A stretch of DNA of 64,000 nucleotides from Vulcanimicrobiota bacterium (GTDB lineage: Bacteria; Vulcanimicrobiota; Xenobia; Xenobiales; QWHO01), in contig CAUJEN010000048.1 of the NCBI GenBank assembly GCA_963169765.1, positions 1-64,000 on the forward strand, read 5' to 3'. Under the pieces are notes generated by a model. That model saw only the letters and a program-made list of their open reading frames with translations. It was not told where the DNA came from and made no database searches. Below, one piece after another: positions 20,084 to 28,647 of the stretch. The translations under genes and the position numbers were made by a program. Positions within the stretch are counted from its first letter, which is position 1. The number at the start of each line of letters is the position of its first letter.

Positions 20084-20086
20084 GTG

Positions 20087-20376
20087 TCAACTCATGGCTG
20101 GCGACTCTTCCTCGAGCCGAGTTGACACGCTCGGTGTCAGCTCATGAGCAGACGTTGAGGCTGTCTACCTTTCCCGACCGGAGTTGACACGCTCGGTGTC
20201 AGCTCATGAGCAGACGCGTAGGCTGTCTACCTTTCCCGAGCGGAGTTGACACGCTCGGTGTCAGCTCATGAGCAGACGCGGAGGCTGTCTACTTTTCCCG
20301 ACCGGAGTTGACACGCTCGGTGTCAGCTCATGAGCAGACGCGGAGGCTGTCTACTTTTCCCGACCGGAGTTGACAC
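20087..20376. repeat. Tandem array of ~4.5 copies of a 61-62 bp unit (CGGAGTTGACACGCTCGGTGTCAGCTCATGAGCAGACGCGGAGGCTGTCTACTTTTCCCGAC); each unit has TGACAC-N5-GTGTCA and GCTCATGAGC palindromes
   Basis: Unit starts at ~20117, 20178, 20240, 20302, 20364 plus a degenerate leading copy from 20087; only 3-4 variable positions per unit; contiguous with no spacers. Confidence 0.9.
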
Positions 20377-22238
20377 TAGAGGGCGGAGGTGGGCGAGAGC
20401 CCGGTCCCGAAGCCGCTGCGGTGATCACCCTGCAAGACCCCCGCTTTCTGAACAACCTCCCCACCCGCTGGCCAGATGTCATCGGCGCCGCTCCCTCCCT
20501 GGAGGAGGGCCTGGTCGAGCTGCGAGCCCACTATGCCGGCCTGAACGCCTCCCTGCGAAGGCTGCTCAATCGCATTCGCAACACCGAGTCGGCCGGCATC
20601 GACCCGCTGGCCCGGGCCGTGGCCGAGCTCGATCCCGAGAGCCCCCTGGGATTGCCGGGCTACCGTGAGGTGCGCCGCCAGCTCGAAGCCCTGGTGGGGC
20701 GCTGCACCGAGCTCCTCCGCGAGGTACCCCTGAGCACCGAGGAGTGGCTGCGCCACATCGCGGTGGTGGTCAAGACTTTCGAGCTGGCCCACGCCACCGC
20801 CGGTAACTTCTGCGATCCGGGACCGCGGGCCCGGCTGGGCGAGACCTTCATCCCCTTCGACGAGCCTGGCAACGTGCTCGACCAGACCAACCTGGTCTAC
20901 TACCGCCTGCGCGGCTCCACCATCTACGAGGACTTCATCACCGCCGTCAGCCACGATCCATTGCAGGCTCAGGCCGACGCCATGCGTTTCTGCTCGCAGG
21001 TCGGCTCTCTGCCAGACCCCCTGCGGGTGCTGGAGGTAGGCGTGGGCGGCGGCCAGTACGCGGCCGACTTCCGGGCCGATTGCGCGCGCCGCCTGGGCCG
21101 CCCGGTGCACTACTGCATGGGCGACATCTCGCCCGCCATGCTCAAAGACGCCCTGGCCCACAGCCCCACCTCGCGCGACATCGAGGTGCTGGGGCTGGAC
21201 GAGCTCAATCGCCTGGCCCCCTATGCCTTGCAGCGCCACAACGAGCTCTTCACCGACCTGCCCTGCGCCGCTGTGCTCTATGCCGACAAGCAGGGCAAGC
21301 TGTATCGCGCCACCGCGCGGGGCACCTTCCCCGAGGCCCTGTTGACCCCCGAGGTGAGCGCCGAGCAACTGCACGCCTGGCTCACGGCCGGCGAGCTCGA
21401 GCCGCTGGGACGCTTCGGGGTGCAGACGCTGGAGCACGTCGACTGGGAGGTGCGCTTTGAGCCCTTCGAGTGCGACGATCCGGCCCTCAAGGGTCTGTCG
21501 GACGTGCTCTTCTCCTACCAGAACGGTCCGGCCCGCTTTTTCCGCGAGTCGCTCGAGCGGGCCCACTACCTGCGCATCGTGGACTACGGCATTCCCGACC
21601 TGAGCGGCGCGGCACGCAGCTACGAGGAGGCGGTGCAGGTCATCCGCCGATACGGCGCCTCGGCGACCCGCGACCTGCTCTTCGACATGTTCGCCCGCAT
21701 CGCCCAGGAGGCCGGTCGCCCGGCCCGGGTGGTGCGGCTTGAGCAGTTCGTGGCCGAGACCACCGGCCAGCACCCGGTCTTCCTGCGTCTCTTGGCCGGC
21801 GTAGAGGGCACCAGCCGGGTCTCGCGGGTGGTCAGTGGCCCGGCCGCTCCCTTCCCGCTCAAGTCGCTGCGCCACTTCGAGGAGATCGCCCGCCTGGAGG
21901 GCACATTCGGGGACTATGCCGCCTTCCTCGACCGACTGCAGCAGCAGGGCTGGGTCCGTCTCAGCATGCCAGGGGTGGACTGGCCGCAAGTCAGCTCCAA
22001 CCTGGAGAAGCTGGCCATCGACCTGGACTTCGAGGTCAACGCCATCTTCCGCAGGCCGGCCATCGAGCTGCTCAAGGACCACGTTCCCTGGTTCACCGAC
22101 GAGCCGCTCAAGCAAAGGCTGGCCGCCGAGCTGGTCGAGCTGGGGTTCGCCCAGGAGCCGGTGCTGCAGGAGCTGCGCAACCCGACCTTCGGACGCTTCT
22201 GGGTGCTCGAGGTGGGGCCAGAGGGCAGCTCGCTCTGA
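20370..22238 (+). CDS. Hypothetical 622-aa protein with a possible class I SAM-methyltransferase-like core
   Basis: Long ORF with protein-like composition; VLEVGVGGGQYAADF...MGDISPAML resembles MTase motif I/post-I; otherwise no recognisable motifs. Confidence 0.45.
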   Translation: MTLEGGGGREPGPEAAAVITLQDPRFLNNLPTRWPDVIGAAPSLEEGLVELRAHYAGLNASLRRLLNRIRNTESAGIDPLARAVAELDPESPLGLPGYREVRRQLEALVGRCTELLREVPLSTEEWLRHIAVVVKTFELAHATAGNFCDPGPRARLGETFIPFDEPGNVLDQTNLVYYRLRGSTIYEDFITAVSHDPLQAQADAMRFCSQVGSLPDPLRVLEVGVGGGQYAADFRADCARRLGRPVHYCMGDISPAMLKDALAHSPTSRDIEVLGLDELNRLAPYALQRHNELFTDLPCAAVLYADKQGKLYRATARGTFPEALLTPEVSAEQLHAWLTAGELEPLGRFGVQTLEHVDWEVRFEPFECDDPALKGLSDVLFSYQNGPARFFRESLERAHYLRIVDYGIPDLSGAARSYEEAVQVIRRYGASATRDLLFDMFARIAQEAGRPARVVRLEQFVAETTGQHPVFLRLLAGVEGTSRVSRVVSGPAAPFPLKSLRHFEEIARLEGTFGDYAAFLDRLQQQGWVRLSMPGVDWPQVSSNLEKLAIDLDFEVNAIFRRPAIELLKDHVPWFTDEPLKQRLAAELVELGFAQEPVLQELRNPTFGRFWVLEVGPEGSSL

Positions 22239-22260
22239 GCTTCTTCGCGCCGCGCCAGGG

Positions 22261-22755
22261 TCAGCCCAGGACCAGCAAAGCCTCGGCCGCGCCGATGCGA
22301 TAGCCGGCCACGAAGGCCTCCTGCACCAGGGAGCGATAATCCTCGGCCTGATCGCTGCGAGCATAGAGCGCGCGTCCCCGCTCCTGCTCGGCGGCCAGCG
22401 TCCGCTGCAGGGCCGGCTTGCCCTGCTGGTGCATCTCCCGGCGCAGCTCCTCGGCCTGCCCGGCGATGCCGTCGCGCAGCTCCACCGAGCGCAGCGCCCA
22501 GGCGGTCATGGCTCCAAAGCAGCCGGCCGTCAGCCCGCCTTCCAGGAAGGCCAGGGCCGTCTCGCGGGCCTGCTCGGGCAGCTCGGGGCGCGACCTGATC
22601 TCGTCCAGCGCCTGCTGGCCGCCCTCCAGCGTCTGCTCCACGATGTCCTGGAAGACCGGCTCCCACTGCTGGCGGTCTTCCTTGAGCATGTCGATGAGGC
22701 CGGGGGCCGAGCTCTTGACCTCCTGGTAGAGGTCGTTGACGGGCTGGATGCGCAT
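22261..22755 (-). CDS. Hypothetical protein (164 aa)
   Basis: ATG at 22755 (MRIQPVNDLYQEVK...), helical protein-like composition; sits between two + genes. Confidence 0.4.
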   Translation of the reverse strand: MRIQPVNDLYQEVKSSAPGLIDMLKEDRQQWEPVFQDIVEQTLEGGQQALDEIRSRPELPEQARETALAFLEGGLTAGCFGAMTAWALRSVELRDGIAGQAEELRREMHQQGKPALQRTLAAEQERGRALYARSDQAEDYRSLVQEAFVAGYRIGAAEALLVLG

Positions 22756-22860
22756 GAGCGAAGGGTAGCACGCCCCCCGGCCGGGGGATGTATCGGGTTT
22801 GTTGCGGTTCGGGCGACCGACGGGACAGGGGCCGCTCGGAGCGAGCGAGAAACGGACCCA

Positions 22861-25800
22861 ATGGACCGGCTGGCCAGCTTCGTTCCCCCCCTGCTGGCCG
22901 GCCGTCCCGCCGGCCAGCCCTGGCTGGACCGCTTTCCGGCCGCCGTTCTGCTGGCCGACCTGTGCGGCTTTACCCGGCTGGCCGAAGAGCTGGCCCGGCA
23001 GGGCCCCGACGGGGCCGAGCGGCTTTCGGCCCTGCTCGACCGCTACTTCGAGCAGCTCTTCGAGATCTTTCACCGGCACGGCGGACAGGTGGTCAAGATC
23101 GCCGGGGACGCTCCCATCGTGGCCTTTCCCGGACCCCTGTCGGAGGCCGTGCCCCGGGCCGCCGCCTGTGCCCTGGAAGCGGCTGCCCTGAGCCAGGACG
23201 GCCTGACCCTGCGACTGGGTCTCGGGGCCGGCGAAGCGGTGCTGGCCGGGGTGGGAGGCCACCGGGGCCGCTGGGAGTTCGTGCTGGCCGGCGAGCCCCT
23301 GGAGCAGGCCTCCAGCGCCGAGCGGCTGGCCCAACCGGGCCAGGTGACCGTGGCCGAGCCCGTCTGGGCCTTCTTGCCCGACGCCAGGCGGGAGGGCCCA
23401 CGCCTGCTCGAATCCCCCCCTGTCCCCTGGCTGGCCGAGTCCGCAGCCCCTGGCGAGGAGCTGCAGGCCTACCTCAGCTCGGCCGTGCTCGACCGGCTCC
23501 AGACCAGCGACGCCTGGCTGGCCGAGTTGCGACCCGTCTCGGTGCTCTTCTTATGCTTGCGCAAGCTCGACTACCAGGCCGCCAATGTGCTTGAGAGGTT
23601 GCACCAGGCCGTGCTGCAATCCCAGCAGGTGCTCGAGAGCGAGGAGGCCAGTCTCATCCAGTGCCTGATGGACGACAAGGGCACCATCCTCTTGGCCGCT
23701 TTCGGCGTGCCTCGCTCGCACCCCGACGACGCCCTGCGGGCCATCCGGGCCGGCCTGGAGCTGGCCCCGCTGGGCTCCATCGGAATTGCGACCGGGCGGG
23801 TTTTCTGCGGTATTCGCGGCAGCCCCCGGCGGCGCGAGTACTGCCTGATCGGCGATCGGGTCAATCTGGCCGCCCGCTTGATGCAGAAGGGCGATGCTCT
23901 GTGCGATCCCGAGACGGCCCGCCTGGTCCGCGACCGGGTGCAATTCGAGCAACTCGAGCCCATCGCGCTCAAGGGCAAGAGCCAGACCATCGCGCCCCAC
24001 CGGCCCCTCGGGCTCAGCGACAGTCCTTCCGCCAGCGCGCCCCTGGTGGGACGAAAAAGGGAGCGACAGCAGCTCGAAAGGCTGCTCGACGGGCCTGGCA
24101 AGCTTCTGCTCGAGGGGGAGCCGGGGCTGGGGAAGTCGCGGCTGGTTCAGGACCTGCTCGAGGAGTGCCCCCTGCCGGTGGTGCTGCTGCAGGCCGATCC
24201 GGTGGGCCAGGGCATTCCCGGCTCGGTCTTCCGAGAGCTCGACCGGCCCGACCGGGATTGGCTCGAGCGCCATCCGCTGGCCCCTCTGGCTGCCGAGCTG
24301 GCGGGCCAGAGCTTCAGCGACAATGCCGCTACCCGGAGTCTGACGGGAGCGGCCCGCGGCGAGGCGTTGCGCGAGCTGCTACTCGACCTGACCGATCACT
24401 GGGCCAACCAGAGCTATCTGGTGATCGTGGAGGACGCCCACTGGCTGGACTCGGTCTCGCGCGGAGTGCTGATGCAAGCTCCCGGGCGACTGCTGCTGGT
24501 GGCCCGCCCGGGCCACGGGCTGGATGGTCTCGAGCGTCTGGGGCTCGATCCGCTGGACGAGGAGGCCATCCTGGCCCTGGCCCGAGCCCGAACCGGAGCC
24601 CAGCAGCTGGACGCGCGCTTGCTGCGCCTGTTGCGAGAGAAGGCCGAGGGCAACCCCTTCTTCACCGAGGAGCTGCTGCTGGCCCTGGACGGTGCCGGGC
24701 TGCTCGAGCAAGAAGGAGAGACCCTGCGCCTCAAAGGCGAGCCCGAGCTGCTGCAACTTCTGGATACCGTGGGAGGAGCCATCACCAGTCGCATCGACCG
24801 GCTTGAGCCGGCCCACCAGCTGGCCCTGAAAGTGGCCAGCGTGGTGGGGCGGATCTTCGCCCTGGCCATGGTGGCCGAGGTGCGCCCTGCCGAGGCAGCC
24901 AACGACAATCTGGAGGCGATCTTCGGGGAGCTTGACCGGCTCGAGCTGACCCCCCGCCTCGATACCGGCCGGCACGCCTTCAAGCACGCTTTGACCCGGG
25001 AAGCGGCTTACAATACCCTGCTCTATTCCCAGCGCCGCGAGCTGCACCGGGCGGTCGCCCAGCGCGAAATCGACCCGGTGCAACTCGCTCACCACTGGTG
25101 GGAGGCGGGGGAGCCCGAGCAGGCTTACCCCTACCTGGCCGAAGTGGGCGAGCGGGCTCTCCACCAGGGCGCCTTTCCCGAGGCGGCCGGCCTGCTGCGC
25201 CGGGCCCTGGAGGCGGCACCGCCGCAGGAGCGCGCTCGCCTGTCGCGACTCCTGGCCGAGGCCTGCTATGGAGCGGGCGACCTGGTCGAATGCCGCCGCC
25301 ACCTGGTCAGCTCTCTGGAGAGCAAAGGCTGCCGGGTGCCCCGCTCTCGCTCTTCGCTGTGGACGAGCCCCCACTGGTGGCAGTTCTGGCTCCTCGAGCG
25401 CCCCTTCTCGGTGCCGGGCCAGGCCGGTCGCAAGCTGGCCGACTGGTTCGACCGCTCTTCGGTTGCCGCACTGGCAGGCCCCACCGCCCGCCTGTGCGGC
25501 TGCCCGGCCGTCGCTCCTTCTGCGCAGATGGAGGCAGTGCTGGCCTGGGATCGCCTCACGATGGTGGAGGCTCTAGCCGGGGAGCTGGACCTGTCATTTC
25601 ACGCCGGAGGTGAGCTGGTGGCCCGGGCCGAGGCCCTGGGAGGCCCTTCCCCGGTGCTGGCCCGGGCCTATGCCATGATGGCCGCCGGCTGCTCCACCAC
25701 TCTGCCCTTGCCCCGCCTGGCTGACCTCTACCACAAGCACAGCCTGCAGCTGGCCCGAGAGCTGGGGGATCCGGTGCTGATGGCGCGGGTGCTCTACTGC

Positions 25801-26541
25801 CTGTCCACCGTGGCCATGAGCCGGGCCGACTGGACCGAAGCTGAGCTCATGCTCAAGGAAGCCCGCCAGCTCTCGATCGAGACCCGCGACGCCCGCCAGG
25901 CGGCCGAGTGCCAGGTCATTCTGGCCGACGTTCTCTACAGCCAGGGCAAGCTGCAAGCAGCCCTGGCCGCGGCCGACGAGGTGCTGATCGAAGGTCGCGC
26001 TCGCTGTGACCCCCAGCAAGAAGTGCACGCCCGCAATCTACGCTCGCTGGTGCTGAGCCTTTCGGGCCGCAGCGACGAGGCCCGGGCCTGCCTGGCCGAG
26101 GCCCGCCCCCTGGTGGAGGTGCGCGACGCCATCGGGGTGGCCAACTGGCGAGGCGCCTCGGCCCTGGCCGAAGGCCATCCCGCCGTGGCCCTTCCCCTGC
26201 TGCGCGGCGTCGACCGCCTTCCCTCACCCCACTGGTGCCGTCTGGGGGTCTTCTGGGCCAGCTATCTGGCCCTGCTGCGCGGAGAGTTGGCGCTGGGGGC
26301 GCGTGGGGCCCGCTACCTGCTCAACCGGGCCCGTTTCTTCCCACTCTGCGCCCCCGGGGCCTGGTTGTGCAACGGTCTGTGGCAGAGTCGAAGGGGGAAA
26401 GACGGTCGGCCCTCCCTGGAACGCAGCCTGGCCCTGGCCGAGGCGCAGCAAATGCCGCTGGAGGCGTCCCTGGCCGAGCACCACCTCGGCCGCGTCGCTC
26501 GGCTGGAGCTTGCGGTCGCAGGGGGCGGTCGCCCGGGTTGA
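22861..26541 (+). CDS. Multidomain regulator: two class III nucleotidyl cyclase domains + AAA/STAND-type ATPase + TPR-like helical repeats
   Basis: VLLADLCGFTRL...IAGDAPIVAFPG (cyclase 1), VLFLCLRKLDY...GIATGRVFCGIRGSPRRREYCLIGDRVNLAARLMQ (cyclase 2), Walker A LLEGEPGLGKSRL, long Ala/Leu-rich repeat tail; real start ATG 22861 not the ORF extreme 21835. Confidence 0.8.
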   Translation: MDRLASFVPPLLAGRPAGQPWLDRFPAAVLLADLCGFTRLAEELARQGPDGAERLSALLDRYFEQLFEIFHRHGGQVVKIAGDAPIVAFPGPLSEAVPRAAACALEAAALSQDGLTLRLGLGAGEAVLAGVGGHRGRWEFVLAGEPLEQASSAERLAQPGQVTVAEPVWAFLPDARREGPRLLESPPVPWLAESAAPGEELQAYLSSAVLDRLQTSDAWLAELRPVSVLFLCLRKLDYQAANVLERLHQAVLQSQQVLESEEASLIQCLMDDKGTILLAAFGVPRSHPDDALRAIRAGLELAPLGSIGIATGRVFCGIRGSPRRREYCLIGDRVNLAARLMQKGDALCDPETARLVRDRVQFEQLEPIALKGKSQTIAPHRPLGLSDSPSASAPLVGRKRERQQLERLLDGPGKLLLEGEPGLGKSRLVQDLLEECPLPVVLLQADPVGQGIPGSVFRELDRPDRDWLERHPLAPLAAELAGQSFSDNAATRSLTGAARGEALRELLLDLTDHWANQSYLVIVEDAHWLDSVSRGVLMQAPGRLLLVARPGHGLDGLERLGLDPLDEEAILALARARTGAQQLDARLLRLLREKAEGNPFFTEELLLALDGAGLLEQEGETLRLKGEPELLQLLDTVGGAITSRIDRLEPAHQLALKVASVVGRIFALAMVAEVRPAEAANDNLEAIFGELDRLELTPRLDTGRHAFKHALTREAAYNTLLYSQRRELHRAVAQREIDPVQLAHHWWEAGEPEQAYPYLAEVGERALHQGAFPEAAGLLRRALEAAPPQERARLSRLLAEACYGAGDLVECRRHLVSSLESKGCRVPRSRSSLWTSPHWWQFWLLERPFSVPGQAGRKLADWFDRSSVAALAGPTARLCGCPAVAPSAQMEAVLAWDRLTMVEALAGELDLSFHAGGELVARAEALGGPSPVLARAYAMMAAGCSTTLPLPRLADLYHKHSLQLARELGDPVLMARVLYCLSTVAMSRADWTEAELMLKEARQLSIETRDARQAAECQVILADVLYSQGKLQAALAAADEVLIEGRARCDPQQEVHARNLRSLVLSLSGRSDEARACLAEARPLVEVRDAIGVANWRGASALAEGHPAVALPLLRGVDRLPSPHWCRLGVFWASYLALLRGELALGARGARYLLNRARFFPLCAPGAWLCNGLWQSRRGKDGRPSLERSLALAEAQQMPLEASLAEHHLGRVARLELAVAGGGRPG

Positions 26542-26723
26542 TGGCATTGGCCTGACCTGGGATGAGCGGCCTGCAACGCCCGACCTGCTCATGACGAGAG
26601 CGCATCCGGGCTGTTGTTCTGAGTTCGGGCGAGGTAGCCGCAGAGAGTCTGAATGGCCGTATGATGGGCTCTTCGACGTCTCCAATTTCGTTTGAGTTGC
26701 GCCCAGGTCGGGCGAAGCGCGCG

Positions 26724-26750
26724 GACTTGGTACCCAACTGGTACCAAGTC
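26724..26750. promoter_or_regulatory. Perfect 11-bp inverted repeat GACTTGGTACC-CAACT-GGTACCAAGTC (candidate operator or hairpin)
   Basis: Exact reverse-complement arms at 26724-26734 and 26740-26750 within a 790-bp non-coding gap. Confidence 0.6.
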
Positions 26751-26905
26751 CAACCTCGAGAGGCGAATGCTCCCGTCGCCCCGGTTCTCCTCTCCAAATC
26801 TTGCAATCTGGTGCTGACGAGACCCTGACCCCAGACGAGACTCTCTTTTAGCAGGCCCTCCGCCTGCCAATGCCCACCTTCCTTCCGCCCTGACAAAGCT
26901 CCCGT

Positions 26906-26969
26906 GCTTGTGGGCATGTGGTAAAGCCCCAGCCCATTTACCCGGGGGCTTTTCCACATGTCCACAAGC
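26906..26969. repeat. Long imperfect inverted repeat (~24-bp arms, 22/24 pairing, 13-nt loop) forming a large hairpin
   Basis: GCTTGTGGGCATGTGGTAAAGCCCC ... GGGGCTTTTCCACATGTCCACAAGC. Confidence 0.6.
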
Positions 26970-27330
26970 CGCCTACGTCCAAGCCTTCGCAGACCCGCAC
27001 CTGGCCCAACTCCGTAATCCATGCCGATCCCGTCGAAGAAGTTCAACCTGGTCCAGCACGAAGGGGCGCAGGATGAAGGCCGGGCTCATGGGGGGTGGCT
27101 CCTTTGGTGTAGTCACACCATGGAGCAACCCGCTCGCCGAGCGGTGTCAAAGATTGCCGCCGGCGACAGGCAACCATCCGGGCGGCTTCCTGATTGGCAG
27201 TCGCCCGTTGCTTTGCAGGAGGAGGGACAAATCGATCCGGTGTGAGCACCCCGATGCTGGAGAGGACGTCTCCGGTTGAGTTCGAATCGCCATCACGGAG
27301 CTTTCTTATTTATCGGAGCATCCTTCAATC

Positions 27331-28647
27331 TTGTGGGGGAGATGCGAGTTGACTTTCTCCGTATCCACTCTTCCCAAGGCCGAGCTGCAACGCATCATGG
27401 CTGCCCTTCGCTCGGGAGCAGTCCCTGAGCACGGCCTCGAGCACTTTGCCGTGGGCCTGGATCAGCCGATGGAGGCCATCCGTGAGGACCTGGGCCGGGT
27501 CTCGGGCGGCCGCGACAGTGCCTTCAAATTCATCCGTGGGGCCTACGGATCGGGAAAGACCTTCCTGGCCTCATTGATCGCCTCCGAAGCTGCCCGAGCC
27601 AACAAGATGCTGGTCTCCAAAGTCGAAGTCTCGAGCAACGAGTGCCCCATCTACAAGCTAGCCTCCCTCTACCGGGCGATCTGCCGCAACCTCAGCCACA
27701 ACAAGAAGAAGGGTGCTCTGGGGGCGGTCATCGAGCAATGGCTCTTTCTTCTCGAGGGTCAGGTACTGCAGAACAACGATGTCGCGGAGAACAGCGAGAC
27801 TTTCTTCGAGCTCGTGGGCCAGAAGGTCGAGATGCACCTGGTGCAACTCGACGAGCATGGAGGCACGCTGTCGAAACTGCTTCGCCGGTACCACAGGTTC
27901 AAGTTCGAGCAACGGTACGAAGACGCGCGGGCTGCTCTCGACTGGCTGGCCGGCAACGAGAATCTCCCCGCCAAGGTTCGCAGCAAGCTCGACGTCAAGG
28001 GCGTCATCCAGGACGACGAGGTCTGGGTGTACCTGCGCGGCCTCCTGGACATCGTGCGCTTCCAGTATCGCGGGCTGGTCCTGATCCTGGATGAGGCAGA
28101 GACGCAACTGAACCTTCTCCCGAAACAGCGCAAGAAAAGCTACGAGGTTCTGCGCGAGTTCGTGGACGCCATTCTGGCCAACCGCTACCCTGGACTCTAC
28201 CTGGTGGTCACCGGTACTCCGGAGCTCTTCGAGGACCAGGAGCGCGGCATTCCCACCCTGGTGCCACTGAATCAGAGAATTCTCCTCGACCGGTCCACCG
28301 GCTGGGTCAACTATCGCGGGCCCCAGATTCCGCTCCAGCCCTTCAATCGAGATCGACTGCTGCTGGTGGCAGAGAAGGTCTGCCAGCTGTACGGCGGTCA
28401 GGCCAGCAATCCAGACAGGTTCCAGGCGGCAGCTGGGGCGGGCTTTCAGGAGCACGCGGTAAGCTGTTTCGAGAAGATCTTTGAGGGCAAGTTCGAGGTC
28501 TCGCCTCGACTCTTTCTTCGGTTCTTCCTCCAGGCGCTTGATCTGACCGACCAGGAGCCGGAATATCAACCGCTCAGAGACTTTGTCCCGACCAGAGAAG
28601 CCGTTCTCGCCCTGGCCAACGAGGAGGAGCGAAAAGCGCTTGGCTGA
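27331..28647 (+). CDS. P-loop ATPase resembling the small BREX ATPase BrxD / N-terminal ATPase of PglY (DUF2791-like)
   Basis: Walker A RGAYGSGKTFLASL, Walker B GLVLILDEAETQ, ~440 aa; ORF starts with TTG at 27331, first in-frame ATG at 27397; family assignment from memory of domain pattern, not a search. Confidence 0.55.
   Translation: MWGRCELTFSVSTLPKAELQRIMAALRSGAVPEHGLEHFAVGLDQPMEAIREDLGRVSGGRDSAFKFIRGAYGSGKTFLASLIASEAARANKMLVSKVEVSSNECPIYKLASLYRAICRNLSHNKKKGALGAVIEQWLFLLEGQVLQNNDVAENSETFFELVGQKVEMHLVQLDEHGGTLSKLLRRYHRFKFEQRYEDARAALDWLAGNENLPAKVRSKLDVKGVIQDDEVWVYLRGLLDIVRFQYRGLVLILDEAETQLNLLPKQRKKSYEVLREFVDAILANRYPGLYLVVTGTPELFEDQERGIPTLVPLNQRILLDRSTGWVNYRGPQIPLQPFNRDRLLLVAEKVCQLYGGQASNPDRFQAAAGAGFQEHAVSCFEKIFEGKFEVSPRLFLRFFLQALDLTDQEPEYQPLRDFVPTREAVLALANEEERKALG

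Noticed and set aside
20087-20376. Possible CRISPR array
   Set aside because: Repeat units abut directly with no unique spacers and differ at only 3-4 positions; no cas genes nearby
21835-22860. Upstream 340 aa of the 1568-aa cyclase ORF
   Set aside because: Overlaps 3' end of 20370 gene and the minus 22261-22755 gene; first cyclase domain starts right at ATG 22861
27270-27300. GTTCGAATC motif suggestive of a tRNA T-loop
   Set aside because: Flanking bases cannot form a T-stem or acceptor stem; no cloverleaf could be drawn
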